A stretch of DNA of 64,000 nucleotides, taken from positions 544,001-608,000 of the forward strand of contig CAXXFL010000005.1 in the NCBI GenBank assembly GCA_963674965.2. The letters run 5' to 3'. Shown here in pieces: positions 26,486 to 36,709 of the stretch. Position numbers and translations under genes: made by a program. Each line of letters opens with the position of its first letter. Within the stretch, counting starts at the first letter, position 1. Source of the stretch: a bacterium (GTDB lineage: Bacteria > RBG-13-61-14 > DATKZS01). Under the pieces are notes generated by a model. It searched no databases. It was not told the origin of the DNA and saw nothing but the letters and a program-made list of their open reading frames with translations.

Positions 26486-27513
26486 CCGGGTCGCCCACGC
26501 ATTTTGCATGGGCGGCGAAGCCGCGGGTTGAGCGCCTCCGCCCTCGAGGTTTTTCCCGGCCCCACCGCTTCAAATAAAGCAAGGCGCGTGACTTTATCGC
26601 CGAGGCGACAAGACTTTGCGCTCACCCACGCAAAATGCGTGGGCGACCCAGAGATGAGGAGGCTGGAAGTTGTGCAAGACCCAAGCCTGGTTCGCCCATG
26701 CATCGTGCATGGGCGGCGAAGCCGCGGGTTGAGCGCCTCCGCCCTCGAGGTTTTTTCCGGCCCCACCGCTTCAAATAAAGCAAGGCGCGTGACTTTATCG
26801 CCGAGGCGACAAGCCCGTTCGCCGCGCTCACCCACGCAAAATGCGTGGGCGACCCGGGGATGAGGAGGCTGGGAGTTGTGCAACGACCTTCAAGCCTGGG
26901 TCGCCCATGCATCGTGCATGGGCGGCGAAGCCGCGGGTTGAGCGCCTCCGCCCTCGAGGTTTTTTCCGGCCCCACCGCTTCAAATAAAGCAAGGCGCGTG
27001 ACTTTATCGCCGAGGCGACAAGCCCGTTCGCCGCGCATGTTCACCCACGCAAAATGCGTGGGCGACCCGGGAACTGCCGGAGATCATGAAAGCGTGCAAA
27101 GCCCTTTCAAGGTTTTTCCCGGCCCCCGCCGCCTCGCGATTTCTACAGGCGAAACTATCGCGGGTTGAGCGCCTTATCGAGAGTTTTTCCCGGCCCCCGC
27201 CGCTTCAAATAAAAGCGAGGCGCGTGATATCGCCTTCTGGCGATAAGCCCGTTCGCCGCGCTCACCCACGCATATTGCGTGGGTGAGCGGAGCGAACGGG
27301 CTTAGGGCCTCGAAATTGAGGGGACTTGGAGACGTTTTTTGGAGGCTTCCGAGCGGCGCTTGAGGGGGCCCTGACTGCGGGGGGAACTCAGCCCGCGGCT
27401 TCGCCGCCCATGCACGATGCATGGGCGACCCAGGCTTGAAGGTCGTTGCACAACTTCCAGCATCCTCATCTCCGGGTCGCCCTTTTTGCATGGGTGAGGG
27501 AGCGAACGGGCTT
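26486..27513. repeat. BIME/REPIN-like tandem array of family A palindromes
   Basis: Near-identical ~200-210-bp units start at 26488, 26689 and 26898; a degenerate fourth unit and an inverted partial unit (27388-27512) follow. Confidence 0.88.
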
Positions 27514-27580
27514 GCGCCGGTTATCGGATTGGGGGAGAATGTAGCGGACTTTCGTTACACTCTCGCGTCAGGAGAACGCC

Positions 27581-28648
27581 ATGTCCATCAAGATAACCAC
27601 CAGACGGTCCGAGAAGACGGGTCTTCCGCCGGGGAGTCTTGTCCACGTTGGGGACTTGAAGGAGGAGGAGGCCGTCATCACGGTGATGGAGTACGATGAG
27701 GCCGACTTTTCCGAGCGCCGTGTTTCCTCGATGGAGGAGGCCCTGGCGGCGGTGGGCCGGCGGCGCAACGTCTGGATCAACGTTGACGGCCTGCATCAGG
27801 TCGAGTTGCTGGCCGGTCTCGGGGAGGGCCTTTCCATCGGGGCCCTGGCGCTGGAGGACGTCCTGAACACTCACCAGCGTCCCAAGATCGAGGAGACCGG
27901 CGACAGCCTTTTCATCGTCTTCCGCATGTTTTACCTGGACGCGGAAAAGGAGGAGGTCGCCTCCGAGCAGGTCAGTCTCTTTCTGGGCGAGAACTACGTG
28001 GTTTCCTTCCAGGAGAGCGAGGGCGACGTGTTCGACAAGCTGAGGGCCCGGATCAAGTCGTCCGTCGGCCGCGTCCGCAAGATGGGTCCCGACTACCTGG
28101 CCTACGCCCTGATGGACGCGGTGGTGGACAATTATTTCCTCGTGCTCGAGGCGGTGGAGGACCGGCTCGAGGAACTGGACGAGGAGGTTTACGAAAGGCC
28201 CAGCCACGAGACCATCCAGGACATCCACCGGCTCAAGCGCGAGGTCCTTTTCCTGCGCAAGTCCATTTACCCTCTGCGCGAGGTGGCGGGCTCGATTTTA
28301 AGGAGCGAGTCGGGGCTGCTTACCGAGGCCACCGAGGCTTACTTCAGGGACCTTAACGACCACGTCATGCAGGTGGTGGACGCCGTCGATTCATATCGCG
28401 AGCTTATCTCGGGCCTCCTCGACGTCTACCTCTCCAGCGTCAGCAACCGAATGAACGACGTCATGAAGATACTCACCATCATCTCCACCATCTTCATCCC
28501 CCTGTCCTTTCTGGCCGGCGTGTACGGCATGAACTTCGACAACATGCCCGAGACCCACTTCGAGTGGGCCTACTACGTCTTTTGGGGAGTCATCATCGTT
28601 CTGGCCCTGGCCATGGTGTGGAACTTCAAGAAAAGAAAATGGATATAA
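27581..28648 (+). CDS. corA: Magnesium/cobalt transporter CorA
   Basis: QRPKIE and YGMNF signatures; two C-terminal TM helices. Confidence 0.95.
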   Translation: MSIKITTRRSEKTGLPPGSLVHVGDLKEEEAVITVMEYDEADFSERRVSSMEEALAAVGRRRNVWINVDGLHQVELLAGLGEGLSIGALALEDVLNTHQRPKIEETGDSLFIVFRMFYLDAEKEEVASEQVSLFLGENYVVSFQESEGDVFDKLRARIKSSVGRVRKMGPDYLAYALMDAVVDNYFLVLEAVEDRLEELDEEVYERPSHETIQDIHRLKREVLFLRKSIYPLREVAGSILRSESGLLTEATEAYFRDLNDHVMQVVDAVDSYRELISGLLDVYLSSVSNRMNDVMKILTIISTIFIPLSFLAGVYGMNFDNMPETHFEWAYYVFWGVIIVLALAMVWNFKKRKWI

Positions 28649-28690
28649 TACCGCTCGCTTATTAAACGCCGGCGGCGGAAATATCCCCCG

Positions 28691-30268
28691 TCAGGCCAGC
28701 TTGTCCTTGATTATCCCGGCGGCCCTTGGTTTTCCCACCAGCTTGACGAAGGTTCCGAAGCGTGGCCCCCGCTCCTGGCCGAGGAGGACCTCGTAAATGG
28801 TCTTGAACAGGGCCTTGGCCTCGAGGTCCCTTTCCTTGGCCGTCTCGAACACCAGGGCCTGGTACTCGTCCTCGGCCAGGCCGTCATGGGCCGCCTCGAG
28901 CTTTTCCAAGAGGGACTCGAGGGCGAGCCTTTCCTCCGGCTCGGGCGCCCGGTACTTCTTGGCGGGCTCGACGAAGTCCATGTAATACTTCACCGCCCTG
29001 TCCACCATTTTGTCCACCACTTCCCGGCTGCCCTCCGCGCCGGGATCGTATCGCCTCACGTAGTCCCATAAGAGTTCGCGTTCGCCCGCCCCGAGGGCGG
29101 AGATGAGGTTCAAAAGGGTCGAGAAGTTGACGGCGGCGGAAAAGGCCGGCCGCTCCCGCCCGATCTTCTCCATGTGCCAGGATACGGTCTTTGGTTTCTC
29201 GATCTCCTCCAGGTCCGGATACTTCGCGTACTCCGCGAGCAGGTCGTCCACCATCTTGGGAACCATGTCGAAGTACAGGCGGCGCTGCTTCCTCGGGTTC
29301 TGGAAGAGGAAATAGATAAGGCTCTCGATGGGGGCGTAGGTCATCCAGGAGTCCACGGTCAGCCCCTCCCCCACGCTCTTGGATATCTTCTTGCCCGTCT
29401 CGTCAAGGAAAAGCTCGTAAACCATGCCCGCCGGCGGGTCCCCTCCCATGACCCGGCAAATCTTGCCCGAGAGCCTGGCCGAGTCGATCAGGTCCTTGCC
29501 GTACATCTCGTAGCGGACCTTGTAAACGTACCAGCGAAGGGCCCAGTCCACCTTCCATCCCACCTTGACGGCCCCGTCCAAGACCGAGGTCTCGCCCGAG
29601 TGGCCGCAGCCCCGGACCTTGCCGCCCGCGAAGGAACCCGAGCAGCTATAGCTCACCCTGGCGTTTTCCCTGTCGGTCCCCGTCACCACCGTGGTGTAGA
29701 GTCGGCCGCAGTTCTCGCAAGTGGGAATGATCGGCGACCAGCCCTCCCGGTTTTCCTCCTGCAGGGTGGGAAGGATTATCGCCCGTATCTCGTCGTACTT
29801 CTCCATCACCCGCTTAAGCCCCGGGTTGAAGGCGCCCGAGCAATACTCGGAGGCCGAGCTGATGAGCTTGAACTCGAAGCCGAAGCGGCCGAGGAACTCC
29901 TCGAGCTCCCTTTCCATGTGGGCCGAGTAGGACTCGTCCACGCCGAAGGGGTCGGGAATTTTGTAAAGGGGCATGCCCAGGCGCTCGGCCAGCATCTCTT
30001 TTTCCGGCACGTTGCCGGGGACTTTGCGCAGTCCGTCCATGTCGTCGCAAAAGGCGTAAAGCGTCGCGTCGTCCGCCCGGCCGGGGTTTAGTTCCCGGAA
30101 GGCGTTCATGACCATGATGGTCCTCGCCACCTCGGCGAAGGTTCCCACGTGGGGACGGCCGGACGGGCCGAAGCCGGTCTCGAAGACTATCTTTTCGCCG
30201 GGCCCCAGGCCCTTAAGATTTATTTTGGCCGCTTCCTGGAAGGGCCACGAGTTTGGAATTTTCGTCAT
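28691..30268 (-). CDS. lysS: Class I lysyl-tRNA synthetase
   Basis: FETGFGPSGRPHVGT (HIGH-like), KISKS (KMSKS-like), WKVDWALRW and GPRFG motifs. Confidence 0.93.
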   Translation of the reverse strand: MTKIPNSWPFQEAAKINLKGLGPGEKIVFETGFGPSGRPHVGTFAEVARTIMVMNAFRELNPGRADDATLYAFCDDMDGLRKVPGNVPEKEMLAERLGMPLYKIPDPFGVDESYSAHMERELEEFLGRFGFEFKLISSASEYCSGAFNPGLKRVMEKYDEIRAIILPTLQEENREGWSPIIPTCENCGRLYTTVVTGTDRENARVSYSCSGSFAGGKVRGCGHSGETSVLDGAVKVGWKVDWALRWYVYKVRYEMYGKDLIDSARLSGKICRVMGGDPPAGMVYELFLDETGKKISKSVGEGLTVDSWMTYAPIESLIYFLFQNPRKQRRLYFDMVPKMVDDLLAEYAKYPDLEEIEKPKTVSWHMEKIGRERPAFSAAVNFSTLLNLISALGAGERELLWDYVRRYDPGAEGSREVVDKMVDRAVKYYMDFVEPAKKYRAPEPEERLALESLLEKLEAAHDGLAEDEYQALVFETAKERDLEAKALFKTIYEVLLGQERGPRFGTFVKLVGKPRAAGIIKDKLA

Positions 30269-30293
30269 TTCTTTTTCCCGTGAATAGACATGG

Positions 30294-31437
30294 TCAGGCG
30301 GAGGCCGTGGACTCGGTCCCGCTCGCCGCCGCTCTTTTTTCCGCGCTGGATTTCAAAAGGAAGGCCTCGATGAACTGGTGGATGTCCCCGTCCAGCACCG
30401 CCTGCACGTTTCCGGTCTCGACGCCGGTCCGCACGTCCTTGACGAGCTGGTAGGGCTGCATGACGTAGCTCCTGATTTGAGAGCCCCACTCGATGTCCTT
30501 TTTGTCCGAGCTGAACTCCTCCATCCTCTCCTGCTGCTTGCGTTCCTCGAGCTCGTAAATCCTCGCCTTCAACACCTTCATGGCCTGGGCCTTGTTCTTG
30601 TGCTGGCTCCGCTCGTTCTGGCACTGGACCACGATGCCGGTGGGAAAGTGGGTGATCCTTACCGCCGAGCTGGTCTTGTTGACCTTCTGGCCCCCGTGGC
30701 CGCCGGCCCGGTAGGTGTCGATGCGCAGGTCGTCCGGGTCGATATCGATCTCGATGTCCTCCTCCACCTCGGGCAGCACGAAGACCGCCGCGAAGCTGGT
30801 ATGACGCCTTTTGTTGGCGTCGTAGGGCGAGATGCGCACGAGCCGATGCACTCCCTTCTCCGCCTTGAGGTACCCGTAGGCGTATGTCCCCCTCACGGAA
30901 AAGGTCACGCTCTTGATCCCGGCCTCGTCGCCCGGTTGCTCGTCGATCAGGCTGACCTCGAAGTCCATGCGCTCGCAATAGCGAAGGTACATGCGGGAGA
31001 GCATCTCGGCCCAGTCCTGGGCCTCCGTGCCCCCGGCCCCCGCGTTGATGGAAACGTAACAGTCGCCCTCGTCGTGCTCGCCGGACAAGAGCTGCTCGAG
31101 CTTGATCTTGGAAAGGCGCTCGGCCAGCTCGCCGATGGCCTGGCCCGCCTCGGCGGCCGAGGCCTCGTCCTCCTCCTCGTCCGCCAGGTCGAGAAGCACC
31201 TCGGCGTCCTCGACGTCCGACTCGATCTTGCGCCAGACCTCGAGCCTTTCCTCGATCCTCTTCTTGTCCCGGTTGACCTTGGCCGCCTCTTGCTGGTCGT
31301 TCCAGAAGTCGGGGGCCTCCATCTTTTTCGTCAATCCCTCGAGGGCGCGCTCCATGCCGGGCAGGTCAAACATACCCCCTGAGACGCTCGTGTTCCTCTT
31401 TTACCCCGTTAAGCCTGTCTCGATAATCGTTAAACAT
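30294..31437 (-). CDS. prfB: Peptide chain release factor 2 with programmed +1 frameshift
   Basis: GGQ and SPY motifs, WGSQIRSY; 23-codon ORF0 from ATG 31437 (GGAGG RBS) ends AGG GGG TAT GTT TGA C. Confidence 0.93.
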
Positions 31438-31652
31438 CCGGTCCTCCAAGCGGCCTGGGCGGCCGCGTTTTGCTTTTCCCATTCGACTTGGACCTCGCCT
31501 GGAAGCCCAAGGTTAATCAGATATTATAGCCCGAAACTCTCCGCCTCGATAGCCGCGGGAAAAAATTTCGAGAGAATTTAATTTAGGGGGTTACTCTCGC
31601 GGGCTAAAGGTGTAAAATGGTTAGCCGTTCGGGGAGGAAAGGGAAAGCCTCG

Positions 31653-34052
31653 ATGAAGCGAATATATTTCAGTCTGGTCCTGCTTCTTTTCGCCGCGGCC
31701 GGGGGAGCGGCCCGGGCGGGGGGAATGCACGACGCCGCGGGCAAGGGCGACGCGGCCCTTTTGTCCCATTTGCTCGACGAGTATCCCGAGCTCGTCGAGG
31801 CAAAGAACTCGGACGGCGACCGCCCCCTCCACGCGGCGGTAATGAACGGGCGGCAAAAGACGGCCGAGCTTCTTGTGGGCAGGGGCGCGGACGTAAACGC
31901 CGAGGGCCGGTATGGGCTATCGGCCGTGAAGCTGGCCATCGCCCTGGGCCGCTTCGATCTCGCCGACACCCTTCTGACGACGGAGGCCCGGATAGGGGCG
32001 GTCGAGGCCGCGGCCCTCGGCCGTCTCGACTGGCTGGAGAAGATGTTTGGAGAGAACCCTTTGTTGGCGTCGGTGGGCAACGACTTCGGCGAGACGCCCC
32101 TCCACCACGCGGCCCTTCGCGGGCGCAAGGAGGCGGTGGACTTTCTTTTAAAGCAGGGCGCCGACGTGAACGCCTCGACCACCGGCGCTCCGGGTTACTC
32201 GAGTCGCTCGGGCCGCGAGACGCCCCTCCACTGGGCGGCGAGGGGAGGAAGCGAGGAGGTGACGGTGGCCCTCATCGAGTGGGGGACCTCGATCGACAAG
32301 TTAAACGACGCCGGCCGGACGCCTCTTTTCCTGGCGGCCGAGGGAGGCCACGCCAAAATAGTTTGGTATCTTATCGAGGCGGGGGCCGACCCCACGAGGG
32401 TCGACTCGAGTGGCTCGACGCCCCTGCACCTGGCCTCGAACGCGGGAGTGGCCGAGATACTCCTGCGCCGTGAAATCGACGTTGACGCCAGGGACGGCGA
32501 GGGCATGACCGCCCTGACCAGGGCCGTCGGCTCGGAGCGCTTTCGGCTTTCCACTCTCCTTAAGCATCACGGCGCCCGGACCAGCATATGGGACGAGGCC
32601 GCCCTGGGCATGATCAACGAGATCGAAAAAAGGATTTCCCTCAACTCCGCCCTGGCCAACGCCCGCGACAAGTCGGGCTATACGCCTCTTCACTACGCGG
32701 CCCGGGAAGGACGGGCCAAGCTGGCGGAATATCTTATCGGCGCGGGCGCGGACCCCAACGCCTCGACGAATAAGGACGGCTCTCGTCCGCTCCATCTCGC
32801 GGTCCGCCGCGACCACGTGGCGGTGGTTCGGACGCTTCTCAACAAGGGCGCCGACGTTAACGCCAAGGACGGGGAAGGGTCCTCGGCGCTTCACTACGCG
32901 GCCATGCTCGGGGACCCGGACGCGGTTTCCCTTCTCTTGAAAAGGGGCGCCGACCCTCAGGCCAAGGACGGCCAGGGCCGGACGGCCGCCCACTACGCCG
33001 CCGCTCGAGACAAGCTGATCCTGGCCGCGATCCTGGACAAGGGGGGCAAGCCCGGCGGCAAGGACCAAAGCGGGGCCGAGCCCATCCATTACGCCGCCGC
33101 CCGCGGAAACGCCGAGACCGTCAAGCTGCTCCTGGCCAGGGGGGCCGATATTAACGCTCGCGACGGGAACGGTCTCACCCCCTTCGCCGGGTACGTTGAC
33201 TACAATGGATGCCCGGACCTGGCCTTTTACCTCCTCGACTCCGGGGCGGACCTCGAGGCCAAGGACGGCGAGGGCCGGACCCCGCTCCATATCAAGGCCT
33301 TCAAGGGCGACGCGGCCTCGGTGAAGTTCCTTCTTAAAAGAGGGGCCCGGATCGACGCCAAGGATAAAAAGGGCTTCACGCCCCTTCACCACGCCTGCTT
33401 CCAGGGAAGATACGACTGTGCCCTTCTCCTCCTCAACGAGGGGGCCAGGATCGACGCCCGGAGCATCTCCGGCGCCACTCCCCTTTTCAGCGCCGCCTGG
33501 ACGGGAAAGCGGGGACTGGCCAGGCTGCTCATCAAAAGAGGGGCCGACCCCGACGCCAGGAACGAGGCCGGCGCGAGCGCCCTTTCCGCGGCCGCCTGGA
33601 CCGGCCAACTTCGGACCCTCCAGTTCCTGATCGAGGCTGGGGCCGACCTGTCCCGGCCCGATTATCGGGGCTCGACGCCGCTTCACGCCGTTGCCCTTCC
33701 CATCTCCAGGGAATGGGTGGGGCTTATTCGCTCGATGGGAGAATCGGCCTACCAGATGGAGGACCCCCAAGGAACGGACGAGGAAGTCACCTTTTCCGGC
33801 CAGGAAAGCGTGGCCCGGTTCCTTCTCGACTCCGGCTTCGAGGTGGACGTCAAGAACAAAAAAGGCATGACCCCGCTTCATCAGGCGGCTTATTTCGGCA
33901 ACAAGCGCATGGCCGAGTTTTTCATCGGGGAAGGGGCCAAGATAAACGAGAGAGACGATTATTACGTCACCCCTCTTGGCTACGCCACCTTGCACAAGCA
34001 CTCAGACGTCGCGTCCTTGCTCAAGGAAAACAAGGGAAAGTTACTGTGGTAA
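31653..34052 (+). CDS. Secreted ankyrin-repeat protein
   Basis: Signal peptide MKRIYFSLVLLLFAAAGG; many G.TPLH.AA...LL..GAD.N repeats. Confidence 0.92.
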   Translation: MKRIYFSLVLLLFAAAGGAARAGGMHDAAGKGDAALLSHLLDEYPELVEAKNSDGDRPLHAAVMNGRQKTAELLVGRGADVNAEGRYGLSAVKLAIALGRFDLADTLLTTEARIGAVEAAALGRLDWLEKMFGENPLLASVGNDFGETPLHHAALRGRKEAVDFLLKQGADVNASTTGAPGYSSRSGRETPLHWAARGGSEEVTVALIEWGTSIDKLNDAGRTPLFLAAEGGHAKIVWYLIEAGADPTRVDSSGSTPLHLASNAGVAEILLRREIDVDARDGEGMTALTRAVGSERFRLSTLLKHHGARTSIWDEAALGMINEIEKRISLNSALANARDKSGYTPLHYAAREGRAKLAEYLIGAGADPNASTNKDGSRPLHLAVRRDHVAVVRTLLNKGADVNAKDGEGSSALHYAAMLGDPDAVSLLLKRGADPQAKDGQGRTAAHYAAARDKLILAAILDKGGKPGGKDQSGAEPIHYAAARGNAETVKLLLARGADINARDGNGLTPFAGYVDYNGCPDLAFYLLDSGADLEAKDGEGRTPLHIKAFKGDAASVKFLLKRGARIDAKDKKGFTPLHHACFQGRYDCALLLLNEGARIDARSISGATPLFSAAWTGKRGLARLLIKRGADPDARNEAGASALSAAAWTGQLRTLQFLIEAGADLSRPDYRGSTPLHAVALPISREWVGLIRSMGESAYQMEDPQGTDEEVTFSGQESVARFLLDSGFEVDVKNKKGMTPLHQAAYFGNKRMAEFFIGEGAKINERDDYYVTPLGYATLHKHSDVASLLKENKGKLLW

Positions 34053-34085
34053 AACGCGGGGGAATCCCGCCGTTATTCGATCGGC

Positions 34086-34919
34086 CTATTTCTCGCGTTC
34101 CTCCCAGAATGAAAGAAGCGCCCTTGCGAACTCGGCGGGCTTTTCCTCCTGGGGGCAGTGGCCGCAATCCTCGATGACCTCCCGGCGAGCGTCCGGCACG
34201 TCACGCAGGAAAACCTCGCTCATGCGAAAAGGCAGGAGAGGGTCTTTTCGTCCCCACACGATGAGCGTGGGCGCCTTGACGTCCGAGAGCTTGCCGTCCA
34301 GTTGGGCCCGTCCCGAGTAGATGATACGCCGAAGGCAGCTCGAGGCCGCCCAGGCCCCGGCCCGGTTGCCGAAGCTGTGATAGTGCTCGCGCACGTCCTT
34401 CCGGGTTAAAAAGGAAGAGTCGTAATAAGGGCCGTTTTTACGGTAATGGATATTATAGGCCCATAGGGGCAAGAGGCTGAAGATTCCGTAGGCGGCCCTT
34501 TGGTAGCGGCCGAGCTTGAATACCCTGGGCGCTCCCTCATGGACCCCGGCCGAGTCGACCAGGGTCAGCGTCTCGATCTTCTCCGGCTTTTCCAGGGCGT
34601 AGGCGGCGGATATCTGCCCGCCCATCGAGTTTCCCACCAGATGGAACCGATCCATCGCGAGGGCCTTGGCCAGGCCGTCCAGAATCCCCGTCATGGTCTG
34701 AATCTTATAGTCGATCCGCGGCTTGTCCGACCTGCCGTGTCCGAGCTGGTCCAGGGCGACTATCCGGCGTCCTTTGGCCAGGAGGGGCATGGCGCGTCTC
34801 CAGTCGTAGCCGCTCCCGGTCCAGCCGTGAACCAGAATTGACGGCCTTCCCTCCCCCATCTCCCGGTAAGCTATCCGGTGGCCGCCAATGAGGACGGTCT
34901 TCAGGTCGATCTCGTCCAA
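34086..34919 (-). CDS. Alpha/beta fold hydrolase
   Basis: HGW, GHGRS, GNSMGG nucleophile elbow, GH.PQEE. Confidence 0.9.
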   Translation of the reverse strand: MDEIDLKTVLIGGHRIAYREMGEGRPSILVHGWTGSGYDWRRAMPLLAKGRRIVALDQLGHGRSDKPRIDYKIQTMTGILDGLAKALAMDRFHLVGNSMGGQISAAYALEKPEKIETLTLVDSAGVHEGAPRVFKLGRYQRAAYGIFSLLPLWAYNIHYRKNGPYYDSSFLTRKDVREHYHSFGNRAGAWAASSCLRRIIYSGRAQLDGKLSDVKAPTLIVWGRKDPLLPFRMSEVFLRDVPDARREVIEDCGHCPQEEKPAEFARALLSFWEEREK

Positions 34920-34920
34920 G

Positions 34921-36009
34921 TCACTTCTCCCGTTTTATCGGAACGGCCGTGACCGCGGAGCTTCTTCCCTCTCCTCCATCTTCCTGCGTTACCTCGGCGT
35001 AATATTCGATGCTCCCTTGAAGGGGGGACTCATCCTTCCATTCAAGGACGCCCGTGTCGAGGGCGGGCGGATTTATCTTCCATTCCTTAAGGACCAGTCC
35101 CGATATCCCGTCCTTGACGGAAACCCTCGAGACGGGCGCCTCGCCGCGGACCTCGACTTTTATCTCCCGCGCCGAGCCGGGGGCCGCGGCCAGTTCCTGG
35201 CCCATCCGCGCGCCGGAGACGGAAAAGCTCATAAGAAGCCGGGCGCCGTTGGTCGTATAGTAGTTCCCCCTCCCCATGGCCTCGATTAAGGCTTCCCTGG
35301 TTACCGAGTTGGTCCGGACGAAAATGAGCCGCCGGTCCGAGTAAAAGGGACTTCCATTCCCGGAGTCGGACGCGCTTTCTTTGCCGATGACGTCGGCGGC
35401 GGCCTTGGGGTCCAGCTTCGCCAGAGGTATCACGGGAAGTACCCCCGGCGGCCTCGAGCCGATCGCCTTTTCCGTCGCCCCGACCGAGTCCCCGGGAAGC
35501 AGGGCGAAGTCCATATCGAGGGCGGTCCATTTTGTCCCGCCGGCGTAAACGGCCCCCGCCGCGTATCTGGGCGCCGTCTCACCCGCGATGCATTCCACCG
35601 GGCGTGACAAAACGCTTTGCTCGCCGTCGTCCGGGGTCACGCGGAAGCGATAGATTTTTTCGTGCTCGCACGCGCCCGCCTGGGTTATGGCCATGCCGCC
35701 GTCGCCCGCGCCGATGAAGGCCTCGCCCACGCGCAGGCCCGTCTCGAAATGGTCGATCCAGAAATGGCCCACGTAGCCGGCGGCCGGGTCCCCCTTTTTG
35801 TCCACGGCCTGGACGGCCGTCTCGACGGGATAACCCTTTACCGTCCAGGGCCTTGTGGCCACGCGAAGGAAAGGGCCGTCGAAAGCGGCGGGACCCGCCT
35901 CCCCGGGCCCGCCTCCCGCGGGCGCCGGAGCCTGGCTCGAGGCGGCCAAGGCAAAGAGGACCACCAGGATGAAGAGAACGCCCGAGAAGGCCGCCGCGCG
36001 TTTCATCAT
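34921..36009 (-). CDS. Secreted hypothetical protein with a DUF3604/PHP-associated C-terminal-like region
   Basis: ATGA overlap with the tmk stop; signal peptide; REALIEAM...YYTTNGAR...MGQE motif. Confidence 0.55.
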   Translation of the reverse strand: MMKRAAAFSGVLFILVVLFALAASSQAPAPAGGGPGEAGPAAFDGPFLRVATRPWTVKGYPVETAVQAVDKKGDPAAGYVGHFWIDHFETGLRVGEAFIGAGDGGMAITQAGACEHEKIYRFRVTPDDGEQSVLSRPVECIAGETAPRYAAGAVYAGGTKWTALDMDFALLPGDSVGATEKAIGSRPPGVLPVIPLAKLDPKAAADVIGKESASDSGNGSPFYSDRRLIFVRTNSVTREALIEAMGRGNYYTTNGARLLMSFSVSGARMGQELAAAPGSAREIKVEVRGEAPVSRVSVKDGISGLVLKEWKINPPALDTGVLEWKDESPLQGSIEYYAEVTQEDGGEGRSSAVTAVPIKREK

Positions 36010-36665
36010 GGCTCGTCCGGCCATGGTTTTTCGATAAACTCGCCCAGCCTGGGCGCGACCCGTCTTACTATCATGTCGTGGACCTTTCGAGCGGACCCGG
36101 TCCCGTCGATGAGGGCGATTTCCCCGTCCGAGAAACGCTCGCCGGCCATCTTGAGGTATCCGCGTCTGATTTTTTCCTGGAGGCTTTTCACCTCGTAAAT
36201 CTCCGGCCCCTTGGCCTGGTCCCTTTTTGCCAGCCTTTGCATGGCCTCCTCCACCGGAAGGTCGATGAGTATGGTAAGGTCCGCCGGACGGGCCTCGGAG
36301 TTGATGGCCCCCACCCAATCGAGGTCGCAATGAAGAGATTGATAGACCAGGCTGGAAAGAAGATACCGGTCCGAAATGACGCACTCGCCCGCCGAAAGAC
36401 CCGGCTCCACCACGCGGGCAAGGTGGTCAAGACGATCGGCCGCGAACAAAAGGGCCAGGGAATGATAATGAAGTCCCTCGTCCGGCGCCTCGGCCCGGCC
36501 CGCCAGGTACTCGCGGATCAGCTTGCCTATCCCGCCCTCCGAGGGCTCGAAGGTCAGCCTCGAGGGTATGGACTTGTCTTGAAACCAGTCCGAGAGCATG
36601 GCCGCCTGCGTGGTGGTGCCGGCCCCGTCGATGCCCTCCAATACTATGAACATTCCCCGTTCCAT
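36006..36665 (-). CDS. tmk: Thymidylate kinase
   Basis: FIVLEGIDGAGTTT, LLFAADR and SDRY..SSLVYQ motifs. Confidence 0.92.
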   Translation of the reverse strand: MERGMFIVLEGIDGAGTTTQAAMLSDWFQDKSIPSRLTFEPSEGGIGKLIREYLAGRAEAPDEGLHYHSLALLFAADRLDHLARVVEPGLSAGECVISDRYLLSSLVYQSLHCDLDWVGAINSEARPADLTILIDLPVEEAMQRLAKRDQAKGPEIYEVKSLQEKIRRGYLKMAGERFSDGEIALIDGTGSARKVHDMIVRRVAPRLGEFIEKPWPDEP

Positions 36666-36709
36666 GTGGTGAATTATATAAGAACAAGGCCCCCGGCCAA
36701 AGCCCCGCG

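Noticed and set aside
26287-27491. Several ORFs inside the repeat array
   Set aside because: Repetitive translations on both strands with no domain signal; by-products of the DNA repeat.
26486-27513. CRISPR array
   Set aside because: Units are ~200 bp with near-identical linkers rather than unique spacers; no cas genes in the window.
30294-31373. prfB starting at ATG 31373 as a simple ORF
   Set aside because: An upstream ORF0 with a good RBS and frameshift cassette is present, and the SD is only 1 nt from this ATG; kept only as an alternative hypothesis.
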